Notes: generated by a model from the letters alone, not told the origin. Positions 29,444-38,876 are shown, counted from the first letter of the stretch. The stretch is DNA of 64,000 nucleotides from Candidatus Adlerbacteria bacterium (GCA_026397405.1 JAPLUW010000001.1:171138-235137); one strand, 5' to 3'. Program-made: numbers and translations.

Positions 29444-31030
29444 CTACATTTCCTCCGGTGCCGGTATGCCCAAAACGACTAGACCTTTGTGCAACGTATG
29501 TTCAACAGCAGTAACAAGCGCCAATGCGTGGGCAGAGACTTTTCCGTCGACTATCAAACGCGTCTGTGCATACCAGCTGTTAAATGCCGCAGCCAGTTCG
29601 GTACTGTATGTAATAACGTAATGTGGTTCAAGTTCAAGCGACGCACGAGCAATAACATCCGGGAAATGCACAAGCAGGCGCTCGAGTTCACTGGGTGCAG
29701 TTTCTTTTTGCACTACTTCCGCTTCAGTGGCTTTCCGCAAAAGTGCACGAGCACGCACAAGTGCATACTGCACATAGGGCCCTGAGTCGCCTTCGAGGGA
29801 AAGAGATTTTTCCGGATCAAACACAATATCTTTCCCCGTCCCCTGTCGTAACACCATGTACTTGATAGCACCAACAGCCACATCTTCCCGACCACGTGCT
29901 TCTTCTGTCAGATCTTTAATCAATGATTCTCCTGTGATGACATTCCCCAGTCGCGACGACATTTTCCCAGTCGTGAGCTTCATAAAGCCGTGGAAACGAG
30001 TCAACATTTTGTCTTCCAAGTCTGGGAAGATTTTTTCTGCAGCTGCACGTACAACTTTAAAGTAGTCTCGCGTTTCGTTGGCAGTAACAGTAAGAGAAAG
30101 GTCAAACTGTCCCTTCTTCTTTTTTGCAACAACAAGACCAAGCTCCTTTGCTTCGTAGGTTGGGATTCCTTTACTGTTTACGAAGACACGCGTGTGCAGC
30201 CCCACATCCTCACCTCGAAAAATAATAGCTCCTTCACTTTGTGTAAAAACTTCCGGATGCTGTTCTACAAGTTGTAAGCCGAGCGGTCCGGTTTCGTGTT
30301 CGAAGAAATAGTAATCAAACTTCGTACCGAGGATTTTATAAATCTCCTCAAAATGCGCGAGCGACTCTTCTCGACCTTCGTCATAGAGCTTGTTTACTGT
30401 CGCGTCACTCTTTTCATAAATAGTCTTGTTGAGCTCGTCTATTTCCTGCTTGTGAGTTTCATATTCTGCCGAGCCATGCACATACGCTTGGCCCCACGAA
30501 TCTCCAGGCTTTTGCTGTTTGCCCCAAATGGCTTTAGCAACATGCACACCAACATCACCTTGGTAGTTCGACCGCTTAACATCTGCACCACCAGCTGCAA
30601 ATAACCGCGCGATACTTTCGCCAATTGCATTGCTCATCAAGTGGCCAATATGAAATTCTTTGAACGGGTTCGGGTCCGTATATTCCACCAATACTTTTTT
30701 ACCTATATACAAATCATTGCTACCCCAGCCTTCCTTGTTCGCTTCCTGTACAACCTCAGCAAGTGTCTCGGCTGAAAGATAAAAATTTATAAAACCTGCG
30801 CCGGCGACTTCTACTTTTTCTACACCTTGTATATTTCCTACTGCTTCTTGCAGCTCTGCTGCGACATCACGTGGATTCTTTTTTAAAATTTTGGCAGCCG
30901 CGAGTGCTGCATTGGTGGCATAGTCGCCATGCGCCATGTCAGTAGGCCTCTCCACCACAAAAGCTACTTCCTCGGCCCCCATAGCCTTCAGTGCATTTTG
31001 TACTGCCTGTTCAATATCATTCCGGACCAT
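29444..31030 (-). CDS. argS: arginine--tRNA ligase
   Basis: GDYATN, HIGH, KMSSR, GPYVQYA. Confidence 0.97.
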   Translation of the reverse strand: MVRNDIEQAVQNALKAMGAEEVAFVVERPTDMAHGDYATNAALAAAKILKKNPRDVAAELQEAVGNIQGVEKVEVAGAGFINFYLSAETLAEVVQEANKEGWGSNDLYIGKKVLVEYTDPNPFKEFHIGHLMSNAIGESIARLFAAGGADVKRSNYQGDVGVHVAKAIWGKQQKPGDSWGQAYVHGSAEYETHKQEIDELNKTIYEKSDATVNKLYDEGREESLAHFEEIYKILGTKFDYYFFEHETGPLGLQLVEQHPEVFTQSEGAIIFRGEDVGLHTRVFVNSKGIPTYEAKELGLVVAKKKKGQFDLSLTVTANETRDYFKVVRAAAEKIFPDLEDKMLTRFHGFMKLTTGKMSSRLGNVITGESLIKDLTEEARGREDVAVGAIKYMVLRQGTGKDIVFDPEKSLSLEGDSGPYVQYALVRARALLRKATEAEVVQKETAPSELERLLVHFPDVIARASLELEPHYVITYSTELAAAFNSWYAQTRLIVDGKVSAHALALVTAVEHTLHKGLVVLGIPAPEEM

Positions 31031-31047
31031 ACTGCATACAGTAGCAG

Positions 31048-32145
31048 CTAGAGGGTGGTTGTGGAAAGTGCTGGTGTACTGCTGGAAATGACTGCCGTAA
31101 ATGTGATGCTTCCAATAATTTGACCTTTTGTTGTCTCTACCATGCAGCGCCATTGGCCCGGCACAAGTGCCTCGGTAATGCTAAAACCTCGATACCCTTC
31201 TGCCCTTCCACCGTTTATAGGAAACTGCACACGCGAAATTTGCTGCCAGTTGTTGCTTGGTACATCAAAATATTCCCACACATGTACCACCGGGGTCGAC
31301 AAGTCGCCCGGTGCAAACACCGCACTAAAACAGTAAGCAGGGCTCCCTACTGCTGCGGTGTAGGTGTCGGCTGTGTCGCGCCAAAATTCGTACCACTTCT
31401 TTTTTTCGTACACTCCTGCGTAGTCGCCTGTGCTGGTGCGCGTTACGGAATGGTAAATTCCTGCACTTTTAAGCGACAGGGGCACCGGCGGTATAACGTT
31501 TAAAAAATAAAATATATTAAACACCACAAATATTGCGACAATGACTGCGCGCATTTCCCACAGTTGGCGTTTTTTGTCGGGCCCCCGCAGTGCAAATATT
31601 CTAAGCAGCGACAGTACGCCAGCCATAACAGCAAGACTTACCGCAGTGCTTATCAAAAATGTACTTGTACCTATTGTGTGCAAAACAAAGGTTGGCAATG
31701 CGATAACTATGTACGTCAGCAGCAAAAAGTAATACACCGCGATGTTAAAACGCAGCTGTGCGTAGCGGCTTTTGAGCAGTTCGTTGCCGACAAGCAAACA
31801 CACCAACAGTGCCAAGAAAAATACACTGCCGCCAAACGACCCACTTTTACCGTAGAGGATAAGCAAGTTACTTGCCAACCCTCCAAAACAAAACTGGAGC
31901 ACGAGCAGCAAAAAGAGCGGTTCTACTTTTTTGTCGCCTGTCGCCTCTTCCATACTGCGGCGGTTCAAGAAAATAATTATTGTCGCAGCAGTAGACAGGT
32001 AAAAAAGCAGCAGAATATTATCCGGGATACTGTCTGGCCGTTTGGCAAGAATAAGGTCAAACGTAAAACCACACAGGACCGTAACGGCCGCCAAGCGCTT
32101 TTCGTATCGGCTCCAGAGTTCTACCAGTCTATTGAGGCGTGCCAT
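31048..32145 (-). CDS. membrane protein with C-terminal DUF2914-like domain
   Basis: Multiple TMs; PPVPL; GGRAEGYRG; GQWRCMVET. Confidence 0.8.
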   Translation of the reverse strand: MARLNRLVELWSRYEKRLAAVTVLCGFTFDLILAKRPDSIPDNILLLFYLSTAATIIIFLNRRSMEEATGDKKVEPLFLLLVLQFCFGGLASNLLILYGKSGSFGGSVFFLALLVCLLVGNELLKSRYAQLRFNIAVYYFLLLTYIVIALPTFVLHTIGTSTFLISTAVSLAVMAGVLSLLRIFALRGPDKKRQLWEMRAVIVAIFVVFNIFYFLNVIPPVPLSLKSAGIYHSVTRTSTGDYAGVYEKKKWYEFWRDTADTYTAAVGSPAYCFSAVFAPGDLSTPVVHVWEYFDVPSNNWQQISRVQFPINGGRAEGYRGFSITEALVPGQWRCMVETTKGQIIGSITFTAVISSSTPALSTTTL

Positions 32146-32154
32146 GCCTATACT

Positions 32155-33459
32155 TTACACGAAGGAGTCCGGTATAGGGAATTTGCCGCACAGCTCTTTT
32201 ATCTCTACATGTATGCTGTCGAGCTTGCTTTGGTCGGCGCGGTCACGCAATGCGTCGAGCATCAACTCTGCAACGCGCGCGCTTTCTGCCTCCATCAATT
32301 TACGGGTTGTAATGGCCGGCGTACCAAGACGAATGCCCGAAGGGTTAAATGGTGAGCGTGTGTCGTCGGCAATACTATTTTTGTTAAGCGTAATACCAAC
32401 CCTGTCCAAAACTTCCTCAGCTTCTTTACCGGGGATACCAAGCGAGCCAAACACGTCGGCAAGTATAAGGTGGTTTGATGTGCCGCCGGCAAGCATGCGG
32501 ACTTCCCTATTCCGAAACACTTCCTCCATCGCTTTTGCATTTTTAAGTATCTGCGCCGCATATGTTTTAAACGACGGATGCAGGGCTTCCCCAAACGCAA
32601 TTGCTTTTGCTGCAGTGGTGTTCATATGCGGGCCACCCTGCAACCCCGGGAAGACTGCGCGGTCAATGAGTGTCGGCAAATTTTCTATCGTTTTCTCCGG
32701 TGCCTTCATCGGGTTGCTGACAATCCCTTTCGACATAATCATGCCACCGCGCGGCCCACGTAGTGTTTTATGTGTGGTTGTTGTCACAATCTGGAAGCCG
32801 TAGTCAAACGGGTTTTTGTGTACCCCACCAGCTATAAGCCCCGCAACATGCGCCATGTCAGCCATAGCAACGGCGCCCACTTCTTTTGCTATCTCACCTA
32901 TTATTTTGTAGTCGAGCTCGCGCGAATAGCCCGAGTAACCCGCAAGAATCATTTTTGGTTTTTCACGCTTTGCGACTTCGCGCATTTCGTCGTAGTCAAT
33001 TTCGCCAGTCTCGGGGTCTTTCATTTTGTAGCGAACAAAGTTAAACAACTTCGACATGTAGGTAACCGGGTGGCCGTGGGTTAAGTGCCCGCCGTGCGAG
33101 AGGTCCATACCAAGCACGGTGTCGCCCGGTTCAAGCCACGCAAAATATGCACCAATGTTTGCATTTGCACCGCCTAAAGGCTGCACGTTTGCATGGTCGC
33201 AGCCAAAGAGTTTTTTAGCGCGTTCAATAGCAATAAGTTCAACCTGGTCGGTGTATGTCTGCCCTCCGTAGTAGCGCTTGCCGGGGTAGCCTTCGGAATA
33301 TTTGTTGGTAAAGACCGAGCCGTTTGCTTCGCGCACTGCTTTGGAAACATAGTTTTCCGAAGGGATAAGTTCGAGCCCTTCCCGCTCGCGGGTTTCTTCC
33401 CCTTCCAATGTTGCAAATACTTCAGCGTCTTGTTTTTTGATGTGGTCGTAAGAATCCAT
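32155..33459 (-). CDS. glyA: serine hydroxymethyltransferase
   Basis: LIPSEN, SEGYPGKRYYGG, TTTHKTLRGPRGG. Confidence 0.98.
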   Translation of the reverse strand: MDSYDHIKKQDAEVFATLEGEETREREGLELIPSENYVSKAVREANGSVFTNKYSEGYPGKRYYGGQTYTDQVELIAIERAKKLFGCDHANVQPLGGANANIGAYFAWLEPGDTVLGMDLSHGGHLTHGHPVTYMSKLFNFVRYKMKDPETGEIDYDEMREVAKREKPKMILAGYSGYSRELDYKIIGEIAKEVGAVAMADMAHVAGLIAGGVHKNPFDYGFQIVTTTTHKTLRGPRGGMIMSKGIVSNPMKAPEKTIENLPTLIDRAVFPGLQGGPHMNTTAAKAIAFGEALHPSFKTYAAQILKNAKAMEEVFRNREVRMLAGGTSNHLILADVFGSLGIPGKEAEEVLDRVGITLNKNSIADDTRSPFNPSGIRLGTPAITTRKLMEAESARVAELMLDALRDRADQSKLDSIHVEIKELCGKFPIPDSFV

Positions 33460-33515
33460 AGTGATGACTAGTTAATCAGTAAAAAAGAATTGTCAGAAAC
33501 TTAGATCATAAAATA

Positions 33516-33851
33516 TTATCGATTGTCGCCTGCCCCCTTGGTTACTACTCCTCGCTCTGCCCTGTCGGCAAGCTTTGCAATATTTTTTTGAGCAACTTCT
33601 TCGAGAGAGCTCCCGAACCTCGCTGCTAATTGTGAAATGTACCACAATACATCACCCAGTTCGGTGACAAGTGCTGAACGCAACTCTTCGGTCGATCCTT
33701 TTTCGTAATCAACAAGCTTTTTTATTTTGTCTGCCGCCTCTCCAGCTTCGCCCGCAAGACCAAGCCCTAATATCATCAGTTGGTAGTCAGCATCCTCTTT
33801 ACTGAATTTTGCCGTCTTTGCCGCCGCCATTTGATACTCCTGAAAATCCAT
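33516..33851 (-). CDS. MazG-like NTP pyrophosphohydrolase
   Basis: GLAGEAGE...ELGDVLWY...NIAKLADR. Confidence 0.9.
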   Translation of the reverse strand: MDFQEYQMAAAKTAKFSKEDADYQLMILGLGLAGEAGEAADKIKKLVDYEKGSTEELRSALVTELGDVLWYISQLAARFGSSLEEVAQKNIAKLADRAERGVVTKGAGDNR

Positions 33852-33861
33852 ACAAATAATC

Positions 33862-34560
33862 TTACCGCGCTACTAGCGGCTCCACAATTGACCAGATTTT
33901 TACGTGTATGTCCTCGCGCGACAGTATCCCTTTCTTGGTAGAGCAAATAATCTTTTTCCAATTATTAGACCCTTGAATAAGTTTGAGCGCGCTCTGTTGA
34001 GAATCCAGAAGATGCTTTACATTATTTTCTGCCTGATCTTTCGCACCCTTGGTTAAATATTTCTTTTTTGATGCAAGGTGTTTTTCTTTCAAAAGCTCGA
34101 GCGCCATTTCAACCGGTAATGCCAAATATAAAATAACGTCAGGGCGTGGGAGACCAAACACCTCGTGTTCCATGCGGTCGAGCCATTGCAAGAACTGTTT
34201 GCGTTCTTTGGCCTCATGGATTTTACCCCCTTGGTGCATCTGGTTGGCGCTGACATACCTGTCGAGCACCACCGTCTTCCCTGCTGCAAGCCACTTCTCT
34301 ATTTTCTGTTTCGACTCAAACCGATCTGCTGCATAGAGCACTGATGCAATTTTTGGGTCGAGCCCAATAAAGTCACCATGTAGACCTGCAAGGCATTCAC
34401 CTATGAGTTTCCCAAAAAGATTTGATTCGTATTGAGGGAAATCAAGTGTTTCAACAGGGATCTTTTCTTTTTTCAGCCGTTCAACAAGTAGTTTAGTTTG
34501 GGTGGCCTTACCCACCCCGTCGGAACCATCAATAACAATCAATTTCCCTTTTCTTTTCAT
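33862..34560 (-). CDS. tmk: thymidylate kinase
   Basis: IDGSDGVGKATQ, LYAADR, LDRY. Confidence 0.9.
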   Translation of the reverse strand: MKRKGKLIVIDGSDGVGKATQTKLLVERLKKEKIPVETLDFPQYESNLFGKLIGECLAGLHGDFIGLDPKIASVLYAADRFESKQKIEKWLAAGKTVVLDRYVSANQMHQGGKIHEAKERKQFLQWLDRMEHEVFGLPRPDVILYLALPVEMALELLKEKHLASKKKYLTKGAKDQAENNVKHLLDSQQSALKLIQGSNNWKKIICSTKKGILSREDIHVKIWSIVEPLVAR

Positions 34561-35045
34561 GCGAAATCTTTTCCTACTCTACTATCAGGATGTTCGCGAT
34601 TATAGATGCGTTCACTTCCTTCCATCAAGTACACATTTTTAATACCTCCAGCAATAACTGCATTCCAACACGGCTCACACGCCCACCAATGGCCATACAA
34701 ATAAAGATCTGCACCGTTCGTGTCATGACCATGCGCTTGTGCGTCAGCAACAGCTTTTGGTTCACTGTGATTCTTCGGATGGCATCCTTCACAGAGTTCG
34801 TATCCTTGACCTGTTGGAATTTTTTGCTTCACGCGTTCGCATTCATGTGTCTTGTGATAGTCGCTTCCATTAGCCCCCCGACCGATAACTGCGCCGTCTT
34901 TTACGATGACAGAACCAGTAGGAACTTTACGGTCAAGCGAATGCTCTCGTGAATATTCTTTCGCTTCTTGGATAAATGGATTACTCTCGGGAACATACTG
35001 AATAATGCGACCTTCCGGGAGATAAGGATAGTGTATTAGTTCCAC
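34557..35045 (-). CDS. dCMP deaminase-like zinc deaminase (start uncertain)
   Basis: HSE...CEPC zinc motif plus CER...TGQGYELC loop; GTG at 35045. Confidence 0.8.
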   Translation of the reverse strand: MELIHYPYLPEGRIIQYVPESNPFIQEAKEYSREHSLDRKVPTGSVIVKDGAVIGRGANGSDYHKTHECERVKQKIPTGQGYELCEGCHPKNHSEPKAVADAQAHGHDTNGADLYLYGHWWACEPCWNAVIAGGIKNVYLMEGSERIYNREHPDSRVGKDFA

Positions 35046-35116
35046 ATCAAATTTATACCACCCGGGCTCCAACCTGGCTATTTGCCCCACCGCTCCCCCG
35101 CCCCTATAATTGCGCC

Positions 35117-35953
35117 ATGGCCCGATTTGACTCTATCTACCAAGAACTATTGGGCACTATTGTAAAGAAAGGCATTCGAGAAATGTCGGAGCGAACGAAG
35201 CACGAAACTGCCGCCATTCCCGGCATGCATTTTTCTATCGATATTGAAAAAGAAGGGTTTCCTATTCTCACACTCAGAAAAATTCCTATCAAAATGTTCG
35301 TCGCCGAGCAAATCTGGTTTATCGCAGGCGTTCGCAAACCAGCAGATTTTTTACGGGACTACACAAAAATTTGGGACAACTTCACGAACCCGGCAGACGT
35401 CGTGACTGTTGCCTACGGATATCGTTGGCGAAAACATTTCGGCCGCGACCAACTCGGCCTTCTTGTTGATCTTTTGAAAAAAGAGCCAAGTTCAAGACAC
35501 GGCGTCGTGGTGACGTGGGACCCAGCAACCGACGGGCTCAGTTTGTTCAAGAAAAAAAACGTTCCCTGTCCGTATACATTCACGGTCAATATTATTGGCG
35601 GCAGACTTCACTTTCATAACATTGTCCGTTCAAACGATGTCATCTTAGGTCTCCCCGCAGACGTGGCAGGATTTGCATTGCTTCAGATAATCTTGGCGCA
35701 GAAGCTTGGCGTCAAACCAGGAGTCTATTCTCACTCTATTTCAAACGCTCATATATATGACAATCAATACGAAGCAGCAAAAGAAATTCTGAAACGGGAA
35801 AGCACCCACAAACCTATTCACATCACGTTGCCAAAAAATGCCTACGATCGTGCAGAGAAAAAAGATAAAAAACTTCTCGACGAGATCGTAGAAAATATTA
35901 CCGCTCAATACAAACCCCTGGAAGCGATCAAAGGTTTACAAGTAGTCTTATAA
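35117..35953 (+). CDS. thyA: thymidylate synthase family protein with Asp at the Asn177 position
   Basis: EQIWF, YGYRWR, SRH, VPC151, RSNDVILGLPAD182, HIY. Confidence 0.9.
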   Translation: MARFDSIYQELLGTIVKKGIREMSERTKHETAAIPGMHFSIDIEKEGFPILTLRKIPIKMFVAEQIWFIAGVRKPADFLRDYTKIWDNFTNPADVVTVAYGYRWRKHFGRDQLGLLVDLLKKEPSSRHGVVVTWDPATDGLSLFKKKNVPCPYTFTVNIIGGRLHFHNIVRSNDVILGLPADVAGFALLQIILAQKLGVKPGVYSHSISNAHIYDNQYEAAKEILKRESTHKPIHITLPKNAYDRAEKKDKKLLDEIVENITAQYKPLEAIKGLQVVL

Positions 35954-35955
35954 CT

Positions 35956-36588
35956 ATGTCTATACTTACAAAAGAAGAAATTCTAAAGCGTGTTCGAGAA
36001 AAAAATATTGTATTTTCACCTAGTCTGGATAGCTTCCAATTGCAGGCTCATGCAGTCGACCTGCGGCTCGGATTTACGTTCCTTGTACCAAAAGCATGGC
36101 GTTTGACCGACAAAGGCCGCGAAGCAATTACCATAGACCCCCTCAAAGACCATGGCCCCGAGTATTTTGATATAGTCGAGCTCGAACAAGGTCAACATTT
36201 TGACTTACTACCGGAAGAATATGTACTTGTTTCAACGTTCGAAACAATAAAAATCCCTGACGATTTAATGGCAATCCTCTATCCTCGTTCTTCCGTAAAT
36301 AGGAAAGGGCTTTCGGTAGATTTAACTGGGATTATCGATTCGGGATACGAAGGACCCCTTACATTACCTATCCGCAATAACACGCGCTCGCAAGTAATCC
36401 AGCTCCATCCTGGAGAACGCTTCTGTCAGATTGTATTTGAAGAACTTTCTCACAAAGTGGTTGCGCGAAAGAGCCGTTGGCACCAGAAAGACGTTGTTGA
36501 AAAAGGAAAAAAAGAAAAATCCTCTGAAATGAAATTTGTTTTCAATGGTGACATAAAAAAACTTAAGAAAGATTTCCCTGCAGAATAA
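35956..36588 (+). CDS. dCTP deaminase/dUTPase-fold protein lacking the deaminase Glu
   Basis: VDLRLG, RSSVNR, IIDSGYEG, LTLP138IRN, GERFCQ. Confidence 0.85.
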   Translation: MSILTKEEILKRVREKNIVFSPSLDSFQLQAHAVDLRLGFTFLVPKAWRLTDKGREAITIDPLKDHGPEYFDIVELEQGQHFDLLPEEYVLVSTFETIKIPDDLMAILYPRSSVNRKGLSVDLTGIIDSGYEGPLTLPIRNNTRSQVIQLHPGERFCQIVFEELSHKVVARKSRWHQKDVVEKGKKEKSSEMKFVFNGDIKKLKKDFPAE

Positions 36589-36589
36589 T

Positions 36590-37090
36590 ATGACTGCTCG
36601 TATTTCTATAGTTGTCGCTATTGGTAAAAACCGAGAGATTGGAAAAAACGGCAAGCTCCTCTGGTATATCCCAGAAGACTTGAAACGTTTTAAAGCTCTT
36701 ACCTTAGGCCACCCTGTTATCATGGGGCGCAAGACGTTTGAATCTATTTTGCAGATACTGGGCAAGCCCTTGCCCGGGCGAACCAATATTGTTGTGACAC
36801 GAGACACAAGTTGGGCCCATGAGGGCGTGTTGGTTTTTCATTCTCTTGAAGATGCTCTGGCAAAAGCCCGCGAGCTTGATGGAGAAGAAATTCATATCGG
36901 CGGTGGCGCAGACTTATACAAACAAGCGCTCCCCCATGTCGACCGGCTTTACTTAACACTCATCGACGACGCACAAGATGCAGATACGTTTTTCCCTGAA
37001 TACGAGACAGAATTCACAAAAAAAGTTTCGGAGGAAAGCCGCAAATACGGAGATTTAAAATATTCTTGGATGACTCTCGAAAGAGCTTAA
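36590..37090 (+). CDS. folA: dihydrofolate reductase
   Basis: IGKNGKLLW, MGRKTFESI, PLPGRTNIV, IGGG, DTFFP. Confidence 0.97.
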   Translation: MTARISIVVAIGKNREIGKNGKLLWYIPEDLKRFKALTLGHPVIMGRKTFESILQILGKPLPGRTNIVVTRDTSWAHEGVLVFHSLEDALAKARELDGEEIHIGGGADLYKQALPHVDRLYLTLIDDAQDADTFFPEYETEFTKKVSEESRKYGDLKYSWMTLERA

Positions 37091-37814
37091 CGCTTCCCTT
37101 TTCTCCACGGGGCGTTTTTAAAGAAAGGTGCGTACAGGTCGCGTTCGAGCGGGACAACAAATTCGTCATCTTTTTTCGCAGGCTTCGCATCCCACACCAC
37201 TTTAGGCACGTCGCGCAAAAGTGCGAGAGGTGTTTGCTCGCCCGCTTCGCCCATGCAAAGCACCGCGGCGGCGGCAAGCCCGTCGACTATGTTTGCCTGT
37301 TCAACTTTTATAGGCCGACCAAAAATGTCAGGCGTACCGCGGTAGTCATATACCGGGTTAAACCCTGCCCACGCAAGTGCAAATCCAGAAGCTCCGCGAC
37401 GCAGCGGCCGAGAAGTTGAGTCGGTAATAACAATGCCAAGCTTCTTCAATTTATATGTTTTCATTAAAGCCGTACGCAAACGCGCAGCCGACGCAAACGG
37501 GTCCTTAGGCCAGACAATGTAGTAACCATTGCCGTTGCTTTGGTCTATGCCAGCACTCCCTTGGTTAGCGTAAATATGTATCCCCATTGTTTAGTAAATT
37601 TTGGCGCGTAGTACAAGTCAGCTTCTTTTTTAATTAATTGTTCTTTCGTAATCGCATCTCCCGGAATGCACTGCCCTTCGTCTATGCTCACAACTTTTGC
37701 AGAAATAGCGAGCACATCTCCATCTGTAAGTTTGAGTTTTGACGCAGCAATTTTCTTCAACAGGTCGTCCTTGGGCGGCACAAGCTTGCCGAGCTTTATA
37801 GACGTAACCTGCAT
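37087..37814 (-). pseudogene. CofE-like gamma-glutamyl ligase, frameshifted near 37555-37560
   Basis: ORF 37545-37814 (SAKVVSIDEG) and ORF 37087-37587 (SAGIDQSN, ITDSTSRPLRRG, MGEAGEQTP) are the two halves of one family protein. Confidence 0.8.
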
Positions 37815-37815
37815 C

Positions 37816-38163
37816 TTAGTTAGAACGGAAAACCGTAATCCCTGGCGTGCCGTTATACCATGCTGCCGGTTTTTTAATCGTCAGTTCAATATTTTTAATG
37901 CGTTTGTCTTCCAAAATTTCAGTGCAAATATCTTCAGCAAGTTTTTCTACCAAGTAGCAGGTGTTCCCTTCTATGCGGTCGCCTATTATTTTGCGCACTT
38001 TTTGATAGTCGAGCGTATCTTTTAACTTATCGCTCACGCCCGCGGGCGCGGTGTCAAACGCCATTTTGACCGATACGGCAAACTCCTGTTCGGTCCGGCG
38101 CTCTGCAATGTAGTAGCCGTGCTTGCCGCGGAAGACGAGGCCGTCGATATGCACATAATCCAT
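37816..38163 (-). CDS. folB: dihydroneopterin aldolase
   Basis: GKHGYYIAER, SDKLKDTLDY, LVEKLAE, IKKP. Confidence 0.92.
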   Translation of the reverse strand: MDYVHIDGLVFRGKHGYYIAERRTEQEFAVSVKMAFDTAPAGVSDKLKDTLDYQKVRKIIGDRIEGNTCYLVEKLAEDICTEILEDKRIKNIELTIKKPAAWYNGTPGITVFRSN

Positions 38164-38262
38164 GCACCCACACTACCCTAAAAATAAAACCCCCGCACTC
38201 TTTTCTATTTTCTTACAAAACTGTATAGTGCGGGGCAGAACGTTCCCCACAGGGAGGCAGCG

Positions 38263-38871
38263 ATGTCGAGCTTTAACGATAGGGCGAGTGCTTTGAAGGG
38301 CTGCGTGGAAGAGATCAAGAAGTACGGGGCCGGTACTGTGTCCGATTTTCTCAAACTAGATGTCCGTCAGGCTTTGTTGGGTGAACTTTCGCAGCATGCG
38401 ATGGTAAGGCAGCCTGCAGAGTGGGGTCCACACAAAGTAAAGCAAGCTCTCAAGATGGTCGGGCTTTTGCCCGAAGGAAGTCTGTTTCTCCAAGTCCGAG
38501 ACGAACTGGCGCTGTGGTTAAACAATGAATTCTCAACCAAGTTCCCTAACCATCTTTCCCTCCCGCTCTGTTTTACCGAGATGTCGGTCCAGGCATACGA
38601 CCCTGGCCCCATTGGCGTCGAGCCTCATTACGACGGAGTAAGCGTAATAAATCTTATTGCCCTGTTGGTACTTGAGGGCAACGGGCAATTCTGCACGTGC
38701 GAGGATAGGGCGGGAACCATCACTCATCCTATCCGCAATGAGCCGGGCGACTTGCTCTTAATGCGCGGACCAGGTTTTTTAGGTTCTCCGCAGCAAGTAC
38801 TGCACCGTATCAATAACATCACAGTAAAACGCACCGTCGTTGTGTGCCGCCACGATGTTCCCGTGTCCTAG
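38263..38871 (+). CDS. 2OG-Fe(II) oxygenase-like protein
   Basis: HYD...H...R pattern, PGDLLLM; GGAGG SD. Confidence 0.6.
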   Translation: MSSFNDRASALKGCVEEIKKYGAGTVSDFLKLDVRQALLGELSQHAMVRQPAEWGPHKVKQALKMVGLLPEGSLFLQVRDELALWLNNEFSTKFPNHLSLPLCFTEMSVQAYDPGPIGVEPHYDGVSVINLIALLVLEGNGQFCTCEDRAGTITHPIRNEPGDLLLMRGPGFLGSPQQVLHRINNITVKRTVVVCRHDVPVS

Positions 38872-38876
38872 ATTGC

